Notes under the pieces: generated by a model
Databases searched by the model: none
Seen by the model: only the letters and a program-made list of their open reading frames with translations
What the model was told of the DNA's origin: nothing
Made by a program: the position numbers and the translations under genes
Assembly: GCA_037917685.1 (NCBI GenBank)
Contig: JAVCBU010000012.1
Coordinates: 32,001-96,000 of the forward strand
Source: Thermoproteota archaeon
Lineage (GTDB): Archaea > Korarchaeota > Korarchaeia > Korarchaeales > JAOZGB01
Length of the DNA stretch: 64,000 nt
Direction: 5' to 3'
In this document: piece by piece, positions 37,880 through 47,156 of the stretch
Numbering within the stretch: the stretch's first letter is position 1
Layout: the number at the start of each line of letters is the position of its first letter

Positions 37880-39247
37880 TTAAAGCAGACCCATCTTTAA
37901 GATGATTGAATGAAGCCTTGAAACCATGCCTTCTACATTGTTAATTATCACGTCCTCGTTTATATTCTGCATTCTACCTTCAAGTAGTACAGGTGCCCCG
38001 TTAACTATCACACCATCAACATCTGAGGAACACACATGATAAAGGATGAGACTGTAAATATCATATCTAGGCATAAGGTGGGGTTTCCTAAGGTTTATAA
38101 GAACTATATCTGCCTTCTTCCCAGGTTCTATAGTCCCGATTTTATCGCTTAAGCCTAAAGCTCTAGCGCCTGCTATAGTTCCCATTCTTAAAGCATCCAT
38201 GGGGGTTAGTGCCTGTGGATCTCTATAATATGCTTTCTGAACCAGCACGGAATGTCTAAGCGCCTCGATGAACCCCCAGCAGGCCCCTGTACCAAACCCT
38301 ACATTCACTCCGCTGTCTATGAGCTCCCTTATTCTTGCTATGCCACAAGCGTGGAAGCCGTCATCGAAAGCTGTATGCACCAGGGACGCGCCAGTTTCGG
38401 CAAGAAGCGGGTACTCTTCACGGTTAACATGCAAACAGTGAACTAGGTTAGTCTTGCTGCTAAGCATGCCTCTCTCCTTCAAATACTGGATGTATCGGCC
38501 GGCGGTTTTCACCCTTGAAATCTCATACTCTTGCTTTGCAGCGGGAAGGTGGACATGCAACCTTGTACCATGTTTAGAAACAAGCTCCCTAACTTTCTCC
38601 CATCCTTCCACCGATAGAAAGGCTGGTAGAAGAAGAGATACCCATACATCTGTCAGATCTCTCCTAGACCACAGTTTTATGGATTCTTCTATTATTTTAA
38701 TTCTGTCCTCGAATCCTTCGAAAAGCCATTCAGGGTAGCCTATGTCTTCGTCTACATTCTGATCCCCTGCTATTCCCAGCGCAGTAATACACCTTAGACC
38801 GGTAAGTTCTATGTTTTCAATGACTTCTTCAACCTCGTCGAGGCCGAGATATATGTCATAGCAGTTCACAAGGGTTGTAACGCCGGAATGGGCTAGTTCA
38901 ACCGTTGACAGAGCCGTAAGCTTTGATATATCTTGAAATGTAAGCTCTCCAGCTATCGGATATTTAATTCTGCTGATCCATTGATTGTAGTCCAAATTTG
39001 AGCCAAGGGTTCTCATAGCGTTCCTATAGACATTACACTCAAGGTTTATAAGGCCAGGAATAACCACGTGCCCGCGTGCTTTGACAACGAGCTCGGCCTT
39101 CCCGATTATACTTCTGCCTACATGCACTATTTTGTCTCCTTCTATGTAAATGTCTCCTCTGAAAGGCTTATAGCCTTCCCCAAAACCAGGGATTATTTTT
39201 CCACCTTTGATAAGAATAGATTCGTAGGGGCTTTCTACCCTAGCCAC
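37880..39247 (-). CDS. Amidohydrolase-fold protein with degenerate metal ligands
   Basis: VIPGLIN-LECN (HxH lost), GFGTG (catalytic D lost), GTIEPGKKADIV. Confidence 0.8.
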   Translation of the reverse strand: MARVESPYESILIKGGKIIPGFGEGYKPFRGDIYIEGDKIVHVGRSIIGKAELVVKARGHVVIPGLINLECNVYRNAMRTLGSNLDYNQWISRIKYPIAGELTFQDISKLTALSTVELAHSGVTTLVNCYDIYLGLDEVEEVIENIELTGLRCITALGIAGDQNVDEDIGYPEWLFEGFEDRIKIIEESIKLWSRRDLTDVWVSLLLPAFLSVEGWEKVRELVSKHGTRLHVHLPAAKQEYEISRVKTAGRYIQYLKERGMLSSKTNLVHCLHVNREEYPLLAETGASLVHTAFDDGFHACGIARIRELIDSGVNVGFGTGACWGFIEALRHSVLVQKAYYRDPQALTPMDALRMGTIAGARALGLSDKIGTIEPGKKADIVLINLRKPHLMPRYDIYSLILYHVCSSDVDGVIVNGAPVLLEGRMQNINEDVIINNVEGMVSRLHSIILKMGLL

Positions 39248-39361
39248 AATGCATCAATCATCATAACGACATCTTACACTTAATGGTTTCAATGCGTGTT
39301 TTTCAACAGGTGACATCGAATTTAGAATATTTATAAACCATAAGGCAGTATTCAATCAGAG

Positions 39362-39796
39362 ATGGCTACCGTAAAAATTGATGATGTAGACATGAAGATC
39401 ATCGAGATGCTGTCTAAAGACAGTAGGCTTCCCTATAGGAGGATGGCTGAAGAGCTTGGTATGAGCCCCATGGCTGTGGTAAAAAGAGTTAGGAGGCTTA
39501 AAAAGCTTGGAATAATTAAAGCGTTTACCATAGCGTTGGATTTTGACAAGCTGGGAGAGTGCATGTTACATTTAATGGTTAAAGTGAATGCCAAGTATGA
39601 CCCTGAGGAGGTTGCTTTGAAGCTTAGCCACATGCAGAACGTTCTTTGTGCTTATTATTTAATGGGCCAGTATGATATTAGCCTAATCGTTAAGTGTGCT
39701 GGAAGGACAAGCATACCCCTAGCCATGAAAAAACTTAAGGATGTGGAGGGGATCGATTATATAACGGCATCTCTAGTTCTAAAGCAGTTGAAATAG
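39362..39796 (+). CDS. Lrp/AsnC transcriptional regulator
   Basis: DDVDMKII..L..DSR HTH, GQYD. Confidence 0.92.
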   Translation: MATVKIDDVDMKIIEMLSKDSRLPYRRMAEELGMSPMAVVKRVRRLKKLGIIKAFTIALDFDKLGECMLHLMVKVNAKYDPEEVALKLSHMQNVLCAYYLMGQYDISLIVKCAGRTSIPLAMKKLKDVEGIDYITASLVLKQLK

Positions 39797-41011
39797 CTAT
39801 AGCAAACCTGTAAACATAAGGCTAGCGAATATCAACATGGTAGAAAGAACATCTGACACCGAAGTTACAACCGGGATAACAAAGTGATCGGGATCCCAGC
39901 CTCTCCTGAATGTGCCGAAGGCCACTACCAGGGCTAGAGCTGAGATAGCTATAAAACCAATCACGTTGTTAAACAATGATATCGCCAGTAGCAGTCTAAA
40001 ATCTGCCGGGATACCTGTCATCTTACAAAATGTAGAGCCGAGAAAGGCGTACAGGCTGTAAACCGGGATGGCTGAAGCCTCTATCAAGGCAAAATTTTTA
40101 AACATTGATTTAACATAGCTTATCCCAGATCCTGCAATTCCAAGGGCAATCTGAGTTGTAGCCACCGAGCCAAGGATTGAACCTAGCGCTCCTAGGCTAC
40201 TCATAAGAGCCGGATAAATCACCAGCACCTCAGACCTAGCCTCCAGGACGTCTCGAACCCTTGCAAGTGCAACACCACTAAAAGTGGCAAGAAAGCTGGA
40301 AAAAAGGACTGACGGGGCTCCCTGCTTCACGCATGTTATGAACGTTTCCTCGCCACGTCTTGTATACAGGTAGTATAAAACAAGCAGAGTGCTGAATGTG
40401 AAGATTAACAATAAGATTTCCATGTAACCATTTAAGGCTAGGGAGGCAATAGTCGTATACAGAGCTGAAACGGTTATATCGTTTACAGTAGCCATAGCTG
40501 GATAAACCAGATAATCCGGATCTAAGCCAAGCCTAAACGTGCCTGAAGCCATCAACGTTGTAAGGGGGTTTGTTATGGACACCGTTAGAATGCATGTTAC
40601 CGCTGGAATTATACCGTAGAAGACGAGGTCTCCCAGGGAGGCTTGCCCGACCATTAGATTGAAAGCGTAGGATATCAAGCTTATCCCCACTGAATCTACA
40701 ATGGTTAATACTATTACAGCTCTAACAAGGTTGTAGTATTCCCCAGTATTCCCCCTCAAGGAAGGCCTTGCTGTCCCTATATGCAGCATCGTAGTGATCC
40801 TTCCAGAGAATATTCCACTTATGTCTCCCCTAACCGTAAGGATAGGCGGTAACAGAGCGATAAACCACGGATAAGAGACAAGTGGAGACTTAGAGGACAC
40901 GATAAATCTTCCAGCTAGCAGCCCGCCCAGGTTGAACAGCAAAGCAACCATGGTATGTAACATCGTGCTTGCTACTCTCCTTAACATTCTCCCATCTATC
41001 ATTGGAGACAC
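39797..41011 (-). CDS. MgtE-like divalent cation transporter (archaeal two-repeat type)
   Basis: RGDISG..SGR..T.LH.G, GLDPD..P..T..D, GWDPD..P..TS..D. Confidence 0.88.
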   Translation of the reverse strand: MSPMIDGRMLRRVASTMLHTMVALLFNLGGLLAGRFIVSSKSPLVSYPWFIALLPPILTVRGDISGIFSGRITTMLHIGTARPSLRGNTGEYYNLVRAVIVLTIVDSVGISLISYAFNLMVGQASLGDLVFYGIIPAVTCILTVSITNPLTTLMASGTFRLGLDPDYLVYPAMATVNDITVSALYTTIASLALNGYMEILLLIFTFSTLLVLYYLYTRRGEETFITCVKQGAPSVLFSSFLATFSGVALARVRDVLEARSEVLVIYPALMSSLGALGSILGSVATTQIALGIAGSGISYVKSMFKNFALIEASAIPVYSLYAFLGSTFCKMTGIPADFRLLLAISLFNNVIGFIAISALALVVAFGTFRRGWDPDHFVIPVVTSVSDVLSTMLIFASLMFTGLL

Positions 41012-41263
41012 CCTGGGCAGGCATTAAACTACTCATAACGGATAGAGTAGGGACTTGAATGTTTTTAAAGGTAACTTCAAATAAAAAGAGACTTTACAGG
41101 TATGGATGGGAGACTGAGCTTGTACTTACGGAGGATCCCACATCAACCAGCTATCTTTTCGGATACCATAGTAGCCCGCCTACGGGAGCTAGCAACATTC
41201 TACACCCTCCTATATTTTAAGCTTGCGGGTTTGCTGGGTTAGGTCTTCGAAGCCAAGGTAAGG

Positions 41264-41533
41264 ATGCCTGTCTGGTGGATGGTTAACGTTATAGATATGC
41301 CTATAAAGGTTGTAGAGTGGGCTGGTGTCGAGCAGATAGTCTCCGAGGACAGGGAGATTTTTGAAAGTGCTCTTATGGAGCTGGAGAAGGCTGGCGAGGA
41401 GTATGCTAATGCTCCGGTGCTCTACAGGCTGGTTGCCTTTGCGGTCTACAACTATAGGACTGGGGAGGCTAGGCTATACCATCTAACCTACGAGAGGAGA
41501 TCATACACGGCTAAGGCGCGTGCTTTTCCCTAG
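41264..41533 (+). CDS. Hypothetical protein
   Basis: 89-aa ORF with typical codon usage; no recognised motif. Confidence 0.5.
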   Translation: MPVWWMVNVIDMPIKVVEWAGVEQIVSEDREIFESALMELEKAGEEYANAPVLYRLVAFAVYNYRTGEARLYHLTYERRSYTAKARAFP

Positions 41534-41607
41534 ACCTATTTTCTAGGCATGCTGATAGGGTTAGAAGGTAGGGATCATGGTGCTACGGTGGGCTTCGTGG
41601 ACGAAAA

Positions 41608-42177
41608 CTATGGGGTCTCAAGTTCCTTTAGCCTTTTATTAATCCTGTTTAGTTCTTCCTCCAACTCTTTCTTTAAGATGTCTCTGACATCCTGTTGCAT
41701 AGCGCCTGGGACACCTATGCTTCTTAGTCTCCTAAGTATTTGCAGCTTTCTCTTTTTGAGAGCTATCTGGTCATGGTTTTCAAGGTAGTACTTCATCGCT
41801 TCGTTTATGAGCTGGCCGACGGGGACTCCTTTTTTCGCCGCAAGCTTGCGCATACGCATGTAGAGGTTTCTGTTAAGATTCCTTATTGGGATGGGGTGAG
41901 TGAAGCGTCTTATTAGTATTCTCTTACCCTCAGGGGCAATCATATATTCTTCAATGTTTCTCTCTATTCTCCTGCCCAGCCTCCTCTCTATGAGGTTTTC
42001 TATCTTTTCCTCTATAATCCTTTCCAACATTTCATCGATCTTGCCGGCGACGGCTTCCTCTATTTCTTTCTCTACGAGTTCCTTCCTTTCCTCTTCTTCT
42101 CCTTCTCCACTCTTGTCTTTATCCCTGTTTTTCCCAGGTTCTTCCCTCTCCAGCCCCATGCACATCCTGTTATACAT
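41608..42177 (-). CDS. Coiled-coil protein with ribbon-helix-helix-like DNA-binding segment
   Basis: IRNLNRNLYMRMRKLAAKKGVPVGQLINEAMKYYL. Confidence 0.6.
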   Translation of the reverse strand: MYNRMCMGLEREEPGKNRDKDKSGEGEEEERKELVEKEIEEAVAGKIDEMLERIIEEKIENLIERRLGRRIERNIEEYMIAPEGKRILIRRFTHPIPIRNLNRNLYMRMRKLAAKKGVPVGQLINEAMKYYLENHDQIALKKRKLQILRRLRSIGVPGAMQQDVRDILKKELEEELNRINKRLKELETP

Positions 42178-42190
42178 ATACGTTATACAT

Positions 42191-43777
42191 TTATAAAATT
42201 TTCGTTAGTTTTGCCGTCGCAATCCTGAACGAAGCCAAACCCATAAGCATTGTTAGGGCTACCATCAGCAAAGACGTTAGAGAGGCCATTAGATCAAGTT
42301 TGAACAGCCATGAAACCAATGTAAGGATGGTTGATACGATCCATGCCGGAGCTATCCTACACATCTTCATTCTTAATAGGAAAGCTAAAGGCCAGAGGTA
42401 TGCCATACCTATGGCTAAGGACGCTATAAGGCCTATGGTTAGAACTGAGAATTCGCTCGGGCTTATCTTATCGTATGCGGTGGAAGATAATTTCAGTATC
42501 CCGATGAGGGGTTTCAGCCCTATCCTAACCCATGCTCTCAGCAACTCATGCTTCGATATGAATTCCGCAAGTTGGGGGCTGAATGCATAGTATAGCTTTT
42601 CGAATATCCATAGAAAACGTCCCCCGAGATAGGACCTCCTAATGACTCTGTCTCTGAAATCCTTAAGGAACACCACGTCAGGCATAAGTTCTGATCCGTA
42701 GGAGGCGGTCACTATAATACATCTTGACTCTTCGACAGTTATGCTGGTGGACTTCTCGTCTAGCCGGCTGCCTCCGCTTGAAAGCTCGATAGCCACCAGT
42801 TTTTCGCCGGGCTCTTGAAATGCCACCGTAAACGTCTGGTTCGCTGTGTCCCCGGGGCCTAAAACTTTGCTTTCCCTCTTTTCTTCGAGCCCTGACCTGA
42901 ATGTTATGGTGTACGTTGCTTCGATCGATCCTGTATTCTTGAATCTAACCTCTACGTTGAACGGTTCTCCAACTTTAACTTTTTCCGGGATGTTTATCTC
43001 TAATATTTTACCCTTGACGACTCCTGAGAAGACTACGACGCGGAAGCCATCTTTAACCCCCTGTCCTGCGGAGCTGTAGGTTAGTTCTACCTCTACAGGG
43101 ATTGGTCCCTCAACCGAAGGCCTGACTTCGAACGTGGCGGTCCATTCTTCCCCGGGTTCAAGCCTGTCTACGGCTGCTATGCCGCTTACGACTTTAACCT
43201 GAGATGTTTCCAGCAATTTGGCTTTAACATTTGCAGCTGCTCTCCCACCGCAGTTTATAATTGTAATCTTGAGCTCGGAGTCTACTCCTTTAGCTATTAG
43301 GATTGGTGAGTAGCTTTTACATCTGAGCCTTGGCTTGTACGGGTCTGGAGTCGCAGGTTTTATGTCTATGATGGTCTCAGCTGAGGCTGTATTTCCATAA
43401 TTGTCGGAGGCTATAAACTTTAGGGTGACATAGCCGCTTCTCCCTCCGGACATATAGGATTCTGTGGAAAACCTATGTAGGTAGAGGCCGGCCTGAGGAA
43501 GGCTGTATATTCCACGGCTTTCGCTTCTCCAGCCTTCACCCTCCTCCACTATCGTTACTTCTACCCTCCGATTAACATATACGTATATGAACCCTGCATA
43601 GGGTACTCTAAAGTCTCTAAAGTTCTCTTCCCCCCAGTAATAATAGTCTCTATCCGACCATACCGATATCTCAAGGGGGCTGGACTCGGGGGCATCTGGG
43701 ACTCCTACCATTAAGACAGGCTCGTATATTTGGAATGCAAGGATAAGTATGGGAATTACCAATACTGTCCTGTCCAC
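42191..43777 (-). CDS. Surface protein with Ig-like (CARDB/NEW3) domains and CFI-box-CTERM
   Basis: Signal peptide; I.N.G..A.NV repeats; RCIIVTASYGSEL.PDV..L..FRD followed by TMs. Confidence 0.8.
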   Translation of the reverse strand: MDRTVLVIPILILAFQIYEPVLMVGVPDAPESSPLEISVWSDRDYYYWGEENFRDFRVPYAGFIYVYVNRRVEVTIVEEGEGWRSESRGIYSLPQAGLYLHRFSTESYMSGGRSGYVTLKFIASDNYGNTASAETIIDIKPATPDPYKPRLRCKSYSPILIAKGVDSELKITIINCGGRAAANVKAKLLETSQVKVVSGIAAVDRLEPGEEWTATFEVRPSVEGPIPVEVELTYSSAGQGVKDGFRVVVFSGVVKGKILEINIPEKVKVGEPFNVEVRFKNTGSIEATYTITFRSGLEEKRESKVLGPGDTANQTFTVAFQEPGEKLVAIELSSGGSRLDEKSTSITVEESRCIIVTASYGSELMPDVVFLKDFRDRVIRRSYLGGRFLWIFEKLYYAFSPQLAEFISKHELLRAWVRIGLKPLIGILKLSSTAYDKISPSEFSVLTIGLIASLAIGMAYLWPLAFLLRMKMCRIAPAWIVSTILTLVSWLFKLDLMASLTSLLMVALTMLMGLASFRIATAKLTKIL

Positions 43778-44057
43778 GTCTAAAATAGCGTTCTACCTAG
43801 ATTATTAAGGTGACGGTGCAGAAGTATTATGGGAAAGGGAAAAACACTCTCCTATAGGGATAAAGGATGTAGTTATCCCCCGATTTAGGTTAAAGGCACC
43901 CTGAGGCTTTATCCCTCCCAATACATATTCAGCTTATCATTTATCTAATTGTTAGACAAACTTTAATCTAGCTTGAAATTATCCCATTAATGGTTTTCCA
44001 CGGTTTCTCTGGATAGAAGCCTTTATGATTCATGGATGTTGAAAAAATGTGAGGGGT

Positions 44058-44957
44058 TTAAGAGTATTCTACTAACTCTGCTACAGTAACTACCTCCCCG
44101 GCCTGAGATTCCCATTTCACGGGCACTGGAACCCCTGGCGCTATCCAGTATGTAACGGTTTCGCCCGCAACCGTTGCAGTCCACTTATCACACGTGAATG
44201 TACCAGCCGGCACTGTAACTGTCTCTTTACCCTTGTAGGTGTATGTTATGCTGGGAGCTTCACCGGTACCAGGGGTTACGCCGGGTTGGGTGGCCTGGCC
44301 GCATGGGACTTCCATCTCCTGCCCGTTCATTATCATTACTGCATGTAGGCATTCCCCTGTAGCCTTGCTGGTCCAGACCTTGTATTGGAATGTTCCAAGG
44401 TCGGATTCCATTGTTACCTCCATTATCCAGCATTCCTGCCCGGACCAGCTTCCAGATGAGATTCTGTAGCTTACATATTGGGTTATAGACTGGCCTGCAG
44501 CTGTTGTGGTAATCTTATATTTAAAGTATGATAGTGCTTGGAAGTTGAATATGGTCGGTTGACCTGGGGTCTGCGTTCCAGGCGGGGTGCTCTGTGGAGG
44601 CGAAGACGGGGGAGGCGAGGTCGATGGAGGCGGGGTTGTCGGAGATGGCTTTGGTGGTTTAGGCGGTTTCTCTGTTTTTGGGGGTTTTGAGGTCTCTGGC
44701 GGGGGTGACGGCGTAGAAGTCGGTATAGGCTCTTCTTTACCTGATGTATACAGATAGTAGGCTATTCCCCCAGCTATGACGGCTATAAGGACAAGGGCAA
44801 GCACGGTTTTAACAGGGACTCCTGCACCAGTGCTTTTAACTCCTACGGATCCGCCGTACTTTGCAAGGATACTCCTGTATGTTTCTTCGCTGATTTCCCC
44901 CTTTCTATACGCTTCTTCAGCCCTCCTCAAAATTTCCTCCGGTGACTTCTCTGACAT
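44058..44957 (-). CDS. Membrane-anchored protein with Pro-rich linker and extracellular beta domain
   Basis: SHOCT-like N-terminus (GEISEETY), TM, P/T-rich linker, ETVTVPAGTF.C. Confidence 0.7.
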   Translation of the reverse strand: MSEKSPEEILRRAEEAYRKGEISEETYRSILAKYGGSVGVKSTGAGVPVKTVLALVLIAVIAGGIAYYLYTSGKEEPIPTSTPSPPPETSKPPKTEKPPKPPKPSPTTPPPSTSPPPSSPPQSTPPGTQTPGQPTIFNFQALSYFKYKITTTAAGQSITQYVSYRISSGSWSGQECWIMEVTMESDLGTFQYKVWTSKATGECLHAVMIMNGQEMEVPCGQATQPGVTPGTGEAPSITYTYKGKETVTVPAGTFTCDKWTATVAGETVTYWIAPGVPVPVKWESQAGEVVTVAELVEYS

Positions 44958-45117
44958 TTCGATCCATGTATATGATTATCCCCTAGCTTATAATAGTATT
45001 CTGAATGATTAATCTATACTTCCCCTCAGTATCAAGATTTAAGACTTTCAAATTAGGGCAGGAGATTCTTGTAGCATCATCGTATGGTTAATAACATTCC
45101 CTATAAATAGTTGAAAT

Positions 45118-46167
45118 ATGATGTTAGAAAATCTCGAGGTTAGGGTTGAAGTTTTCCTCGAACATAAGGGAAGTATAGTGATGGACGCAGCACTTGCAAG
45201 AGTTTTAATTGAGGTTGAAAGGAAGGGTTCTCTTCTAGCTGCATGTAGACAGCTAGGCCTAACCTATAGTAGGATATGGGATAGGATAGCCAGGGTTGAA
45301 AAACTAACTGGAACCAAGCTTCTCCAGTTAGTAAGAGGGGGTCGAGGAGGTGGTGGAGCAATATTAACAAGGGAAGCTAAAAAGCTGTTAGACTACTATT
45401 TGAAAGTCGCAAAGTTGAGAATGAAAGAGGGAGGAACATTTAGACCTCCTGACTTGATGGTTTCCGGAAGCCATGACCCTTTGCTCGAGGTAATGGTGGG
45501 CTCTCTTAGAAGGTTACGTCCTGAAGCTGAGATCCTGGTAAGCTGGGTTGGATCCGCTGGGGGGCTCGCCTCTCTCATGCTTGGAGACGCAGACGTGGTT
45601 GGGTCGCATCTACTTCATGGAGAGACAGGTGAGTATAATATACCCTTCCTCGACAGGTTTTGGCTTAGAGGTAAAGTATATGTGATTAGGGGATATAAGA
45701 GAGAGGTTGGATTTGTCTTTAGACCGGATACCATATTCAGCAGTGAAGCAGATATTTTAAATGGAAAGTTGAAAATTGTAAACCGGAATGTTGGCTCGGG
45801 GACGAGAATCATCATAGATAGCTTGCTACAGCAGGCAGCTTCGAAACTCGGTATAGATGAGCCTATCGAGAAAATAGTTAGGGGGTACAGGCACCAGGTG
45901 AAGACTCACATTGACGTGGCACGCTCTGTGGCCCAGGGCAAGGCTGACATTGGTGTTGCCCTGAGATATGTGGCTGAAATGTATGGTTTAGAGTTTAAAA
46001 CCATATGCTGGGAGTGGTATGACCTGGTAGTCCTTAAGGAAAGATATGACAAAAGACTGGTTAAAGCTCTGATAGATCTCCTCAGAAGCGATGAAATAAG
46101 AAGGAAAGAGTACAGGATGAAGGGGTACAGGTTTACAGAGGAATCTGGAACTGTAATATATCAATAG
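45118..46167 (+). CDS. ModE-like HTH fused to molybdate-type PBP domain (regulator)
   Basis: GSL.AA...GLTYSR.W, RGGRGGGGA.LT, GSHD, NRN.GSGTR. Confidence 0.88.
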   Translation: MMLENLEVRVEVFLEHKGSIVMDAALARVLIEVERKGSLLAACRQLGLTYSRIWDRIARVEKLTGTKLLQLVRGGRGGGGAILTREAKKLLDYYLKVAKLRMKEGGTFRPPDLMVSGSHDPLLEVMVGSLRRLRPEAEILVSWVGSAGGLASLMLGDADVVGSHLLHGETGEYNIPFLDRFWLRGKVYVIRGYKREVGFVFRPDTIFSSEADILNGKLKIVNRNVGSGTRIIIDSLLQQAASKLGIDEPIEKIVRGYRHQVKTHIDVARSVAQGKADIGVALRYVAEMYGLEFKTICWEWYDLVVLKERYDKRLVKALIDLLRSDEIRRKEYRMKGYRFTEESGTVIYQ

Positions 46168-46184
46168 CCTTTTCAGCTGTGAAT

Positions 46185-47156
46185 CTAGTCATTTAGTATC
46201 GGGATAGGCTCTGATTTCAGCTTTTTAACTATCCAGTTTCCTGGGTTGTCAACTCCTGGGGGTAGCCTTCCCCCGGCTAGGTGTGTATGGCCTCCACCAT
46301 TAAACCTCATTGCAAGCCTGTTACAGTCAACATTCACATCACGATCTCTAATACTTATTATCTCCCCGTTATCATAGTATCCAATGGCAAGATCCGAATC
46401 TGAATGTTTGAGAAGCCTCCAGGCCCCTAGGACTGGTGGTATGCATGTATCAAATCTTGATATGGTGAAAACATAGCCGGACACTCTAACCTTAAAATGA
46501 TTTTTAAGCGCTTCATCGTAGGCTTTCCTTATAATAGGAGTTTGTTTGTCCATGCAGGCTTGCATTTCAGCGTCCCACAGTATGCCCTTGGACAATTTAG
46601 AAATCAGGTGGAGTAAGGCGGGAGATTCGATATGTATGTCAGCATAGTGGTAGTAATTTATTAGGTGAGATAAGAGCCATGCGACTTTTCTTTTGACTGG
46701 GGGATAATCGCCTTCGTGAGCTAGGCTAGCCAGCATATCAGCTATAAGGTCTCCACCGTAGTACTGGGAGACTATTTCCGCGGCTGATACTCCTATCTGC
46801 ATCTCTAAGTCTATTCCCATACGCTCTACCATGCTTAGAGATTCCTTTGGCCAAATGTGATGGTCAAACCATAGAATCTTGAATCCTCTTTCTAAAGCCA
46901 TCCTAAGTACTGGAGATACCACTGATAGGAGACTATTCGGCAGTCCTAGATCAGATATGAATATTTTGCATGGTTCTAGCTTTGACAGTATCTTTTCTAC
47001 CGCTTTAAAGTATTCCAACCCGTAGTCTAATAGGTAGATTTTGGAGACCTGCTCGAATCTCACTATGATGGATGCAGAGGCTATTCCGTCGATGTCTCTC
47101 CTATGGCTGAACACTACAGCTTTTTGAATCCTGTTCACCCCTGATATATTTTCCAT
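46185..47156 (-). CDS. DHH/DHHA1 phosphoesterase
   Basis: H..DIDG, DLG, FDHH, GGGH. Confidence 0.88.
   Translation of the reverse strand: MENISGVNRIQKAVVFSHRRDIDGIASASIIVRFEQVSKIYLLDYGLEYFKAVEKILSKLEPCKIFISDLGLPNSLLSVVSPVLRMALERGFKILWFDHHIWPKESLSMVERMGIDLEMQIGVSAAEIVSQYYGGDLIADMLASLAHEGDYPPVKRKVAWLLSHLINYYHYADIHIESPALLHLISKLSKGILWDAEMQACMDKQTPIIRKAYDEALKNHFKVRVSGYVFTISRFDTCIPPVLGAWRLLKHSDSDLAIGYYDNGEIISIRDRDVNVDCNRLAMRFNGGGHTHLAGGRLPPGVDNPGNWIVKKLKSEPIPILND

Noticed and set aside
41145-41171. Alternative minus frame ATG..GGT-TGA-TGT as selenocysteine recoding
   Set aside because: No RBS for that frame, no SECIS seen, no selenoprotein similarity
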